DNA from: Macrostomum lignano
Taxonomy: Eukaryota
Assembly: GCA_002269645.1 (NCBI GenBank)
Contig: NIVC01000093.1
Span: 682,001 to 746,000, forward strand
Reading direction: 5' to 3'
Length of the DNA: 64,000 nt
The notes under the pieces are model-generated. The model had not been told where the DNA came from, ran no database searches, and was given only the letters and a program-made list of their open reading frames with translations. Numbering within the stretch: the first letter of the stretch is position 1; every line of letters starts with the position of its first letter. The translations under genes and the position numbers were made by a program. Positions 37,254-49,648 of the stretch are shown here, one piece after another.

Positions 37254-38764
37254 GGGTCGTTTCACAAACCCTAATTCTCACAGCGTCGAAACCAAAACCT
37301 TTCATAAGACCTAGAGCTTGTGATGAATGTGCTTCTCTCAGCCTGCTCTTAAATTATTTTGCCTCCCCTCTTGTTTGTGAGGCACTCGCCTAGCGGGTCG
37401 CTTTCACAAGCCTCCCCCCTTCTGGGGCTTGCGTAAGCCTCTCGTTGTCTGATTGCCGGAGACTCGGTCAGAGTAGCCCCTTTTGTTTTCTTGTTGTGCT
37501 CTCAACCCCTCCCCGGCCCTTTGCGATGTACCCTCGGTGCAGGCTCAGCCAGTTGGCGCTCTCTGATTGGCTGCGAGTCCCCGGGCTCGTATGTCTGGTG
37601 CCTCCGCCCTTATTATGCCTGCGCTGGCCCGCCTATTATATGAGGCCTTTGCGGCCCCTGTTTCGGTCGACGCTGCCCCGTTGCACTTTGTATCTGCAAC
37701 CGTGCGACTGCGCTTTGTTTCTGCGACTTTGCAACTTTGGCCGTTCAGCACGCGAAACGTGAGCACTTACTGTCTTTGTTTTTCGGGGTTGCTGCTCAGG
37801 GCCTAGCCGGGATTAAGAGCAGCGTTGTACGCCGATTCCCACCCCAACCAAGCTCAACGTCGTCCGCTCAGCTGGAGGCCATCGTGCGTCGTACGCTCGA
37901 TCGGCCTGATCTCAACCGACTCTGCGTCGTACGCGAGTAGGTCGGACGACTGTAGCGCTAAGGGTCAGTACATGAACCCGGGTCAGGTGCACCTGAGCAG
38001 TGTTCTAATTGCTATGGTTTGGCCATAGATATGAATTTGAGCACAGACTGCTCTTCATTTTTCTAAGTTGAACTACTATGCGCATGCGTTAAAAAGCTAA
38101 ATTGTTATATCAAAGAGAGCTCGAAAAGCTCGGCTCAGAATTGAGCGAAAATATATGTACGAGCTAACTAAGCAGCTGCGAACTGAAAATCCGAAAACCT
38201 CAGCCTCAGCCTCCGAAAGCCTCAGTCATAACACTAATTAGCGTTGAAAACAGACGCTAAAGGAGTAAAAAAAGAAGTCATTGGTGACATGTCAGCACTT
38301 GCTCTATATTCCTTTTATATTTCGAAAGTTGTTATAATAAAGCTTATTCTTACTCTATCCTGTCCCGATTCCAGTTGATCCTGAATCTAAAATCAATTCT
38401 AGTTGTCAGCTGAACTTGAACAATTCGGCCTGTAGGTTTAAAACAAAAGCAAAATAATTCAGAGCAGAATTGATTTGCGAAATATTATTAAAGAAGTTAA
38501 AGTAAATATTGAGAGAAGATTTGGAACATGCTAACAAGACTGCGCTGTAGCTATAATTAAATAATTTGGTCGGCTGTAAACTTTGAAGTAAGGCTTAAGT
38601 AACATTCACTTTCAAAACTCATTTCAACAGCAGCTCATTGATCCGATCCAGAATATCTTTCAAAGTTCAGGCAATTACAAAATTACAAAAGGAGCAGGCT
38701 TTCAATATTGGTTAAAAAAGTTCAACTGCTTGTTAATTCGCCAAAAGTCACACAAAGCCTTCCT

Positions 38765-39835
38765 TCAGCCGATGACGGCAAAGAAGTCGCGGATCTCGCT
38801 CTCAGACATGGTGACGCTGCTCATAGCGATGGCCCGGACAGTGCCATTGAACATTTGGGCGTTATTGAGTCGCTTGCCGAACCTGAAGCAGAACTGGGGC
38901 AGCAGAGTATAGTTAGAATTAACAATCAAGTTGAACGAAGCCGTCGGTAAGAATGCGTCGTTCACAAACGCTCCCCACGAGTCAGCCGATAGAGTCGATG
39001 TGAAGCCGATGTTCACCCACTCGTTGGCGTTCGAAGTCAGCGGAGTTGTCGAAGTTTGATAGCGTGTGGGAGTAGCGCCGGCTTCGGTTTTGATCACAAA
39101 AAGGAGTTTAGAAGCAGTGTCGTACTCCCAGATACGGTGGTAGAATGGTCCGGTTTCGAAGTCAGAGCAGTTTAGAAAATCGAAGAAGATCTGCACCTGC
39201 GGCTGCCGCTTCATCCTGAGCAGCACCGTGACGCCTGTGCCGAACCCGATGTCGCTCTTGTTCATGGCCAGAAACGAGCTGCTCCCATCGAACGCGGCGC
39301 CCTCCTCTGTCCACTGGACTCCGACCGGATAAATTCGGTTGGTCTCTTCGTCAGCCTGGCACACGACATTCTCAAATGCAGACATGTCGTCTCCGAGCCA
39401 CACGTTTGTGAGCTTCGGGTTGAGCTGAGCCGGATATTTGATCGGAAATCGGATGAGCACTCGGCAGTCGCTGCTCGCACCGCCAGAGACAAAGTCGCGA
39501 CACACGGACTGGTAGCGGAAGAGACTGCAGCGGAGAGAGGCCGGCTCGAACTGGGCAACGAGAATGCCGGATGGAAACGCATCGGTCGCCTGCATGCTGC
39601 AGTGCTGCTCCGAGACCGCCTTGGAGATGTAGAATGCGGCAGCATCGGACAGGCAGTGCACCTGCACCTGAGTCCAGGTGTCTCCGGACCTGCACATGCA
39701 GGCAGGCATCAGAGCCATCAGCTCAAGCGCCGACAACAGTATCCACCAAGCTAAAACGGAGCAATATATTGCAATGCACCTTTCAATATTTATTGGCTAA
39801 AATGAACTTGTATTTTATTGTTTCTTACCTTGCAT
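38765..39835 (-). CDS. Copy B (intact): secreted protein with a Cys-containing PAN/Apple-like N-terminus and a concanavalin A/laminin-G3/pentraxin-like domain; exons 39835-39829 and 39750-38765, 330 aa
   Basis: ATGCAAG|gtaag micro-exon and phase-1 acceptor give MQAWWILLSALELMALMPACMC; GAAFDGSSSFL, TVLLRMK, WVNIGFT, FVND, FNGTVRAIAMSSVTMSESEI are typical LamG3 patterns. Confidence 0.8.
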
Positions 39836-40907
39836 TTGAGCCGTGGAGTGTGAAGTTCTCAGCAGTTTTTGACAGATGCCGAGATGCGGCTCTCAAATTT
39901 AATGCTGCTTAGCTGGTCTTAAATAAGGAAGGCTTTGAATTTTTTGCGTTTCTTGGATGGCTTGGCTGATTAGCCATTCTGCTTACAATGAAACCCAAGC
40001 CAAGGACATACATACAATGCGTATGGGCGCATCGGCTGGCTGCATCTCCAAACTGCACTGTTAGTCCCCATTCCCCATCCGCTGACAATTATGTAGTGAG
40101 TCGCAGGCTTTGCAGCTGTGTGGGATATTCTCGTACAGAAAACTGTCTCATTTTCCTCCCCCATCGCAAGTGGGATTCTTCAAGTTGCCTCTCCAGTTGC
40201 TTAGGTTTTCCTCAGCTTGGGTGTAGGAGCGAGACAATAGAGAAATCCCACCTGGGTAGCAACAATCAATAAAAAGAAATTAAAACAAATTGGCTCTGCA
40301 GAAGAATTGGCTCTTGAGTGTCTCATCCTTGTTAGTTGTTTAATGCTGCTGAGTGATGCCGAACAGCAAGCTATATTCCCTATTAATACGTATAGCCTAT
40401 TATAGATTTTTATTTGAGCCATGATTACCCCCGAATTGGAATTTTATTCTATATTGTACAGAAACAAATCCGCTGACAAACGATGCTAGTTGAACTAATA
40501 GTACGAGAGTAAAAATTAACACCTTGACTATTAAATGGCACTAACTTTGAAGAGATGGCGCTCTCGATCTGGGAAGATGCATCAAAAAACCCAGGGACAA
40601 GCAGAATAAAAGCATTCAAAAACAGCGAAACTTTGAACAGCACGTGTACGCAATGAAACCGCAGTTCAAGCAGGCGGAATACGACGAAAAGCTACTCCCA
40701 GTTCAAGTAAAAATAGTAATATTTGCTAACAACCGTCATGGTGCTGCATCATGGTACTATCAGAAAACTTTTTTTAAAGCGTATTTTAGTAATATTTAGG
40801 AAACTTCCAAGCTTCAAAGAGTGATCTTAAACCTTTAGATTTTCGGAATAAAGCCCTTGATCAATTCTGGAAGCTTGATAAACGACATTTAAAGAATTAG
40901 TAGCTGA

Positions 40908-41908
40908 ATGTATGCAGGTCAGACACAAATTCCTTATTCTGTTTCAGTCTCAGATATATTTAAAAATACGAATTTACTTCCGCAGCTGCACTTGCTATTC
41001 CGCTTGTCGTTCTGACGTTGATGGCTCTGATGCTTGCCTGCATGTGCAGGTCCGGAGACACCTGGACTTGCAGGCAACGGATGCGTTTCCATCCGGCATT
41101 CTCGTTGCCCAGTTCGAGCCGGCCTCTCTCCGCTGCAGTCTCTTCCGCTACCAGTCCGTGTGTCGCGACCTTGTCTCTGGCGGTGCGAGCAGCGACTGCC
41201 GAGTGCTCATACGATTTCCGATCAAATATCCGGCTCAACTCAACCCGAAGCTCACAAACGTGTGGCTCGGAGACGACATGTCTGCATTTGAGAATGTCGT
41301 GTGCCAGGCAGACGAAGAGACCAACCGAATTTATCCGGTCGGAGTCCAGTGGACAGAGGAGGGCGCCGCGTTCGATGGGAGCAGCTCGTTTCTGGCCATG
41401 AACAAGAGCGACATCGGGTTCGGCACAGGCGTCACGGTGCTGCTCAGGATTAAGCGGCAGCCGCAGGTGCAGCTCTTCTTCGATTTTCTAAACTGCCTTG
41501 AATTTGAAACCGGACCATTCTACCACCGTATCTGGGAGTTCGACGCTGCTTCTAAACTCCTTTTTGTGATCAAAACCGAAGCCGGCGCCACTCCCACACG
41601 CTATCAAACTTCGACAACTCCGCTGACTTCGAACGCCAACGAGTGGGTGAACATCGGCTTCACATCGACTCCATCGGCTTACTCGACGTGGGGAGCGTTC
41701 GTGAACGACGCCAATTCTTGCCGACGACTTTCTTTAGCCTGACTATTAGACCTAATTATCCTATATGCTGCTTCAGAACTGCTTCAGATTTGGCAACCGA
41801 CTAAATGATCCACGATCGTGTTCAAAGGAACTGTGAGGGCTATCGATATGAGCAAAGGCACCATGTCTGAGGGAGAAGATCCGGGATTTCTTCGTGGTCA
41901 TCGACTGA
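40908..41908 (+). pseudogene. Copy C of the lectin gene (76-nt frameshifting deletion near the 5' end, several 3' frameshifts)
   Basis: Micro-exon ATGTATGCAG|gt (40908-40917), acceptor before 40986; alignment to copy B. Confidence 0.8.
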
Positions 41909-42343
41909 ACGATATTGTTTTAAAATATTTTTGGCAAAAAGCAAAATATCTGTACACATGTTATAAAAGAATTTTATCGAACATCGCCACGAATAGCGGT
42001 GTTATGTCTGAAACCTATATTCTCGGCTTCAATAAATTTATTCGACTAAAACTGAGAATTTGCCTGAAATAAAGGTGTGAGCTAGCATGAGTCGTCATCT
42101 GAGGACGCTAGCAACGCGCGGTGCACATGACGCCATGCAGCACCATAAGGCGCCAGCAGAATATGGTACCATAGCTGAAGTACACGTAGCCATAGTTTAC
42201 AAGCATTTATCGCAACTGATTCGAAATCTGCAGAGTTAGCAAAGCAATTATAACTCGCCTCTCGCCGGTTGTGTGCCTATGTCGCCTAAAGTGCGCCAGG
42301 GTGCACATAACCCCCTGCCTGTAATAAAAAGTCTAGTAAATTT

Positions 42344-42457
42344 GTGTAGACGACAAAATCAGGTATTGAAAAGATATAAAAGGACTAAAGGATCAATGTA
42401 CAGTATAGCAATGTTCATAATATTTTTTGTGGAATGACAGGACAGAGAAAAAAAAGG

Positions 42458-42493
<36 letters not shown>

Positions 42494-43366
42494 GCGCATG
42501 CGCCCCAAATGTACTCTAGCTTAGAACACCGACAGCTGTTCACTCGCACCTCCTCCAGATAGTTGGACATTGAGAGTGGGTTTGTGTAACTTAATGTGCA
42601 GAGCTTCAAGAATGTTAAGTTTATGCTCATTTTTGTTGTTGTCTATGACCTTGAAATGAGAGGTTATGTCTGGCTCATCACAACAACCATGGCATTGCAG
42701 CAAATGTTCATGAATCGGAGAGTTTCGTTGCCTATGTTCCTTGGCTCTCGTGAGTAGGTGTCGCTTGGTTTTACCAATGTAGGTAATGCTCTGGTCAACA
42801 GAGCAACGAAAACGATAGATGACACCTGCCTTGAGAGCACATGGAACACGAGACTTTAAACTCCCAACAAATTGACTGACTTTATGAGTACGGAACACTA
42901 CATGAATCTGAGTCTTAAAGAATTTTTGGCAAGTTTTGCGAATTTGCCTCTTAAACACAATCGAAGAGTTGCCCAAAAAAGGAAGAGTCAAGATTGGTTC
43001 TCCTGGTTCTCTATCTGGCCGCTTACGTTTAAGCTTTTTTTCAATTTTTTCATCTAAGAAATTACCAATAACCTTCATGATGTAGTTGATAGGGTATCCA
43101 TTGGCAGTGAGAATATTGATAATGTTGGCAAACTCGTTGTGCAGCAACGACCAAGAGCAACATACTGTATAGGCACGATGAAGCAGACAACGAATGACTC
43201 CCGTCTTCCATTCCCTGGGGCACAACGCCTGGAAATTAAGCATCAATTTAGTGAATGTGGGCTTGCGATACACTTCCTGTTTTTTAATCATGTCCAACTA
43301 TCTGGAGGAGGTGCGAGTGAACAGCTGTCGGTGTTCTAAGCTAGAGTACATTTGGGGCGCATACGC

Positions 43367-43403
<37 letters not shown>

Positions 43404-43483
43404 TTTTTTTCTCTGTCCTGTCATTCCACAAAAAATATTATGAACATTGCTATACTGTACATTGATCCTTTAGTCCTTTTATA
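42344..43483 (-). mobile_element. 5'-truncated Penelope-like element (RT thumb plus GIY-YIG) with an inverted ~198-bp copy of its own 3' end
   Basis: VYRKPTFT, LLHRAY, NGYP, LPFLG, GVIYRFRC...YIGKTKRHLLTRAKEH, LEALHI; IR 42372-42570/43290-43486; flanking repeat tctagtaaattt. Confidence 0.92.
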
Positions 43484-44104
43484 TCTAGTAAATTTATTTC
43501 GTTTTTGTTTATGATTCTGCTGGATCTAATTGGGTTAAATGCACATTGTTACTATAATATTTATTATACTATTCTATTGTTTCTAAACTATTTCTTTGGA
43601 TATTTTCAAAACTCTCTGGCAGTCTCATTTTTGACATGTCTTAACGTGATTACGTGAACTTTATATTCGGTCCATTTTCAGTGAATGAGTTTTAGTAGGA
43701 CAGTCTACCATTTAAGTAACCGACTTAAAATTGTAGTTTTTTTGTAATACGAACTACTAACTGCTATTAAGAAGTCGAGAAGGCAGCTCTCGTGCTCTCT
43801 TATTGATTTTTTAGACTATAGTCTATAGTAAAAGCATTTGGACTATAGTAAAAGCATTGTTAAAGTTAATATATATTAGTTGCCGTCTGTATCAGTTCCA
43901 TAGTTCTAAAGGTCCGCATTTTTTCAGTCCTGAACATAATTTTGCTGTTTAGCCAACTTATCTGCCTTTCCCCATAAATAAATCGAATTATGGAGTCAGA
44001 CATTGTGAGGTAAGCAAAACTTTTAGTTTTTATCCAGTTCTTGTCATTTGTGTTTTTAATGCTGAATTTAATAGTATAATTTCTATAAATAGGCCTGTGT
44101 TTGC

Positions 44105-45893
44105 TAGAGGTTGGACAGGATTAAAATCTTTGGGCGGGATTGGGATCAGGAATAATTTTTTTCTTGGGATCAGGATCAGTATTGGGATTTGGGAATTGGG
44201 ATCAGGTCTTTTAGTGTATTGTAGCTTGTGGGTCCATATAAAGATAAACAAAATTGAGCTAAAAATGTCAAGATGAACAACATTGTAGAATACAACAAAA
44301 TTAATGCAAAGTTTTGTAACCAACAAATTAATAATTTAATAAGTACAGCATTCCTTCAGTTTACGATCCCTGAAATTGGTGACGATCCCCATAAGAAAGA
44401 TACGCAAGAGTAAGAAATTCGTGTTTTTTAATCATTTTTTAAACCAGCACAGAAAATCACTCCAAGCCTTTTTATTTTTCTGTTGTCAAATGATCAAATG
44501 CCAACCAGAATGAAACGATGCAAAGAGATCTGTTCATTCGCATACATTCATCAAATTGAAAGAGTTGCTCATTACAGAACTCGTTTCAGAACTGTTCCAT
44601 GCAGGGGATCCTATATATCTACTTCGGTTTACAATTATTTAAATGGTAGAAATACATGTAAATGATCATGAACCAAAGGTAGGGGGTTTTAGTGTACTAT
44701 TTCACATCTTAGAACTATTCCATGAAGACAATCCTATATATCCACTTTGGTTTACGATCATTTAAATGGCAGAAATACATGTAAATGATCATAAACCAAA
44801 GGTAGGGGGTTTAAGTGTACCATTTCACATCTCAGAACTATTCCATGAAGACGATCCTATATATCCACTTCGATTTACGATCATTTAAATGGCAGAAATA
44901 CATGTAAATGATCGTAAACTGAAGCTGAGGAGGGGTGGCAGCATGCAGAGAATAATAAAGCATCAAGTTACTTAGGAGCGCACGTTAACTCAAGATGACA
45001 TTTCAATCGCCAACAAGCCAGCAAATAAATATATGACTACATATGTCTTCGACACCCCCCTCAGCTTTGGTTCACGATCATTTAAATTAAAGAAATACAT
45101 GTAAATGATTGTAAACCAAAGCTGAGGGGGAGTTGCAGCGTGCAGAGAATAATAAAGCATCAAGTTACTTGGGAGTGCACGTTAACTCAAGATGACATTT
45201 CAATCGCCAACAAGCCAACAAATAAATATATGACTACATATGTCTTCCACACCCCCTCAGCTTTGGTTCACGATCATTTAAATTGAAGAAATACATATAA
45301 ATGATCGTGAACCGAAGTGGATATATAGGATCCTCGTCATCGCAATGCCATTAAAGAAACCATTTGTCGGCTATTCCATTCAGTTTTTTCTAATGTAACG
45401 AATAAGCTCAGTTTAACAATTTTTGTTTATTTCAAGCAAGCTATGATCATTTATATGAAAAATTACATGGGGATCGTGAACCGAAATGTGGGTGGAAAAA
45501 TGATCGTAAACCGAAGGAATGCCATAAGTACAAGGTAAAACAAAATACATTCAAGTAATCACTACTAATACATTCAAGTATAATTATCGTATAATAATAA
45601 TTATATATTATACATATAAGTATATAATAATAAATATTATATACGTATATACGTATATAATAATTATATATTATAAGTATAATATTCAAATATATATAAA
45701 TATATAATTCTATATAATTCTAAATAATAGGCCTATAGGCCTATATAATTCTAAAATTCTATAAATTTTTAATCAAAAGACCTGTTCCCGATTCTTGTGT
45801 TTTTTAGGGTCAGGATTCTAGTCCCGCAAGAATCCAATTTTCCTTGGGATCCCAAGATTTTGGGATTGGGATTGGGATCTCGTCCAACCTCTA
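44105..45893. mobile_element. Non-autonomous hAT-like element, TIR TAGAGGTTGGAC, 8-bp TSD gtgtttgc
   Basis: TSD at 44097-44104 and 45894-45901. Confidence 0.88.
44347..45523. mobile_element. Merlin-like non-autonomous element nested in the hAT element, TIR (G)GCATTCCTTC(A/G)GTTTACGATC, 8-bp TSD ataagtac
   Basis: TSD at 44339-44346 and 45524-45531; internal ~120-bp direct and inverted repeats. Confidence 0.8.
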
Positions 45894-46086
45894 GTGTTTG
45901 CATGCTTTTCTTATTTGCATTTGCATGCTAGTTGTACTAAGCAAATTTTGTGTATTAGGCCCTAGTGTTTGTTTGTTTCAAAATGCAGCATGCATGACAT
46001 GCAACTGAAAGAATATGTAGGCCTAGTTGTCAGCATGTACAAGTGGCATGCAATATACATTATGATGTGCTGATATGAGCCATAAC

Positions 46087-46332
46087 CCACACTCAGGAAG
46101 GTGTCACGTGTGCGCGGGAATATATTTCAGCGTATTTTTGGAGTGTGTGCTGTGCGCGAAGCTAAAATATGAATTTTTGCGCCGAGTTCTACATTTGTTT
46201 ATTGACAAATACATAGCTAGAGTACTAATGCGCCGTAGCACTAAAAACTAATGCGCCGCGCCACTTTGCGCATATTTTTTTGTTGATATGCGCCGGAATT
46301 TTCCGCCATAATGTACACCTTCCTGAGTGTGG
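46087..46332. mobile_element. 246-bp MITE, TIR CCACACTCAGGAAGGTGT, TSD gcca(t/c)aac
   Basis: 18-bp TIR; 8-bp TSD with one mismatch. Confidence 0.7.
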
Positions 46333-46389
46333 GCCACAACATACATACATAACTGCTTGACAACCCAGATACCATAAATTGTGATAGAC

Positions 46390-46830
46390 TAGGGGTAAGT
46401 CATAAAAATATCTATCCAAAAATACAAATGTAATACTAATTAGATGATGAGGCAATTAGTCTTAATAAGACTGTCATAAGCCTAGTTAGGCCCCTACTCC
46501 TGCCATTTACCCAAACTTGCATTAATTTTGCTTTAGGGTTTCTTTTAAATGTAAGTTGCATGGCCAGTGTAAACATACATGCGCAACCTCCAAAATTCGG
46601 TCGGCCATGCAACTTAGTTTTAACAAAATGCGACATAGTTTTTGGCCAAAAATGCAACTTACATGTAAAAAAACCTTGCGTAAGTAGCGTAAAGCAAATT
46701 AATGCTATTTTGGGTAAACGGCAGGAGTTACTATGACTGTCTTATTAAGTCAAAATGCCTCGTCAGCTACTTAGTACTACTACTTGGGTATTTTTTGGGT
46801 GGGCATTTTTGCAACTTCCTACTTCCTTGT
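46390..46830. mobile_element. Old fold-back element with long degenerate inverted arms
   Basis: Matching blocks cttaataagactgtcata/tatgactgtcttattaag and ctcctgccatttacccaaa/tttgggtaaacggcaggag. Confidence 0.55.
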
Positions 46831-48690
46831 TTGGCCGCCAAATCGGTCAGCTGGATCGGCCGACTTGGCCGATTATTGCGCATGTATGAGTGTAAATCAG
46901 GCAGGTTGCACATGTATAAGCCCAAAGCTAGATTAATGAATAATGTTAAAGCTATTTTTAGAAAATGTCTTTACAACTAGAGGATAAATTAATAAAGTGT
47001 TTTTGCTAAAGATATTTAGTAGAATGTATCTATGCCATTGAAAATAGTAGCATTTGTTTACTAGGTATATGTACATATAAACTATATTGTTAGATTAGCT
47101 GTAATAGAAGCTTATATTATTTAAGTTCAAACTGCTAAAAAGGTCATTTATTGTCACAACTGCAAAGAGGCCTTGTATTGTTGCAAGTAAAAAAGGTCCT
47201 TTATAGTTGCAACTGTGATCTGCATTATTGGCATCAACATGCGTTTAATTGGAGTTGGTTTGGTTTAAAGCATTCTGGCATGCACTTAGCATGATCTAGA
47301 CTATGGTGCTTGACTTGATTTACTTGACTTTGCCACAGGGCTATTAGAGGGGACATAGTGGTAATGCACAAATGCCAATGAATTCTGCTAATCCCTGAAT
47401 AGCCAACAAATTGCTATGGACAAAGGGTTGGCATCACCTAGTGAGGTTCCCCAGTGTTGCCAGCAGCTATGATGCTCTCTAAAAAAGAGAGTTCAGCTTC
47501 ACAGGTGGCTTAGAAATAGCGCATGAGCTGATAAACATTTTTAGCTCTGCATGATTTAGTAATTAATATGTGTGACCCAAGGTAAGCAAGTCTGGCTGGC
47601 ATAAATATGGGAAAAATGCTAACAAAATGTTTAGTGGTTTTGTAAGGTTTAATGAAATGAAGGGATAGAAAGTGCTAGCTGGTGGTTCTTATTTGATTTG
47701 GTTTGTATATAAGCCAGGCAGTAGAAGAAGGTAAAGATTATTCACAATGGGCACCATTTATTTATAGTCATCAGGAGCATTGCTAGAGACTTCTAGAACA
47801 TTCTGTGCATTATAACAAAACAAAGATTAACTATGCATTCCTTTTGGATCTGCATTAATTGTATTGCTAACTCACTATAACTAATTATACAATGAATATT
47901 TATAAATATAAGTATTGAAATTAGTTTATGTAAGAGAACTGTCTAGAATTTAAGTTGTACTCTATTGGGGAAATTTCTAGAAAGAAATGATTATCATACT
48001 GTATCAAACTTTCAAAGGTCAATACAGTTTCATCATCTAAGTTACATAAACTACAGATGATGTTGGTGGCACTATGGTGCATATGCTATGGACTTGTTTA
48101 GTGTTGGAATCCATTTGTTTATTGTTAGTGTGCATTTGTATATTTGGTTTGGGGCATTCCATTGTGCACTTAGAATGATCCAGACTATGGTATCTTTAGT
48201 ATATACAAGGGTTGTTTAATAAGTTTGTGGAAAAAGTAACTTCCTTTAAAGTTGCAATTCTTATTCAATTTCGACTTGGCCAATCTGCCTCTGAGTGCTT
48301 GCAGATGTTTCAAAAAGCCTTTGGTGATAAAGCCCCATCCTAGATGATGGTATACAAGTGGTTTGGCTGATTTTGTTCTTGCTGCCTGGAGCTGGATGAT
48401 GACAAATGCAAAGGCCATCCAAATTTGGCCATTACAAATGCAACAATGGCCAGTGTCCGAAAACTGCTTGATAAAGATTAATAAGTGACTATTTGCAAAA
48501 TGGAGAAACATGTTAGGATTTTGGATTCAAGCCCCATTTCTATCTTGCATGATCATCTGGGCATGAGAAAAGTGTCTGCGCGCTAGGTGTCCCACCACTT
48601 AAACTTGACCCAAATGCAAGCTCGTGTTGAGTTTGCAAACTTCATCCTCAACAAATTCAATGCAAGGGCTTCAAATTGATGGACAATATC

Positions 48691-49044
48691 TCAGGGTTTT
48701 TTGTGCAAAATTTGTACTCCTGCGACATTTTTTTCAATTGGCACAAATTATTTGAAGGCTAGGTGCTACTTTGGCACATATTAATTTTCAATTTGGCATA
48801 TCCTCTTTTTTGATTTTTGAGTTTTAAATGTTGAAAACTTTTTTATTTTTTATTTCAATTTTTCATTTATTTCTTTTTTGTTTGCTTATATACATTTTGT
48901 GACAAATGTAATTAAAACCATTTTAAATGCATGACAAGTAAACAATTTAAAAAATGTTTCATGGGCACATTGAGTTTCAAAATGGCACAAGTTTTTTAGG
49001 TCAAGGTGCCATATGGCACATGTTTTCAAATGAAAAACGCCCTG
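48691..49044. mobile_element. hAT-like MITE, TIR CAGGG(C)TTTTT, TSD acaatatc
   Basis: TSD at 48683-48690 and 49045-49052; subterminal ggcaca repeats. Confidence 0.8.
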
Positions 49045-49060
49045 ACAATATCCTGACAGG

Positions 49061-49648
49061 CCCTATTAGAATAAATGTTAAAAACCCGCAGACGCGTGCT
49101 TCAGAAAAGAGTCAAACTATTTTACCGCACTTTAGGATTATTAGAGATGTTCCAAAAGATCTGCAGTTTCATCGAAAGCAAAATTCGCTAACTTTCCAAA
49201 ATCAAAATTGAAATTTCCCAAAATCATAATTCAGAAAAACAAGTTTAGTATGAGCAACACTCACTTCTTTACTTTCAATTTACTGCTTAAGCAAAAAGTA
49301 ATACATGTATATGTAGTAGAAAGTAGTTTTATTTTTAGTGACTTTTTAGACACTACCAAAATTTTCACTTCTAAATTTTTTTCGAAATTGAAATTTGCTC
49401 TAAAAATTTCAAATTTTGGAAAATTGAAATTGAATTTTTGGAACATCTCTAAGCTTAATAAATTACAAGTGTATAAGCCCCTTCAACAGAGGTATTATAC
49501 CCATTTCCATGCATATGTATTTGCTAGAGCAGCAGCCAGTAAGAAAGGGCAGCACGCAGGCAATGTGCCTGTGTGCGCACTGCGCTTTAGAAAAAATTCA
49601 AATGTGTGCCGGACACCGTCCGCGGTTTTACAACTTTTTCCTATAGGG
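49061..49648. mobile_element. 588-bp MITE, ~33-bp imperfect TIR CCCTAT..., TSD ctgacagg
   Basis: TSD at 49053-49060 and 49649-49656. Confidence 0.82.

Noticed and set aside
40449-40643. Signal-peptide-like ORF ending SIVCQRICFC
   Set aside because: GTG start, early stop and no continuation; could be a PAN-protein remnant but is unsupported.
42085-42570. Hammerhead ribozyme near the Penelope terminus
   Set aside because: A CTGAGGA occurs at ~42100 but has no stem II plus GAAA core; none in the inverted repeat.
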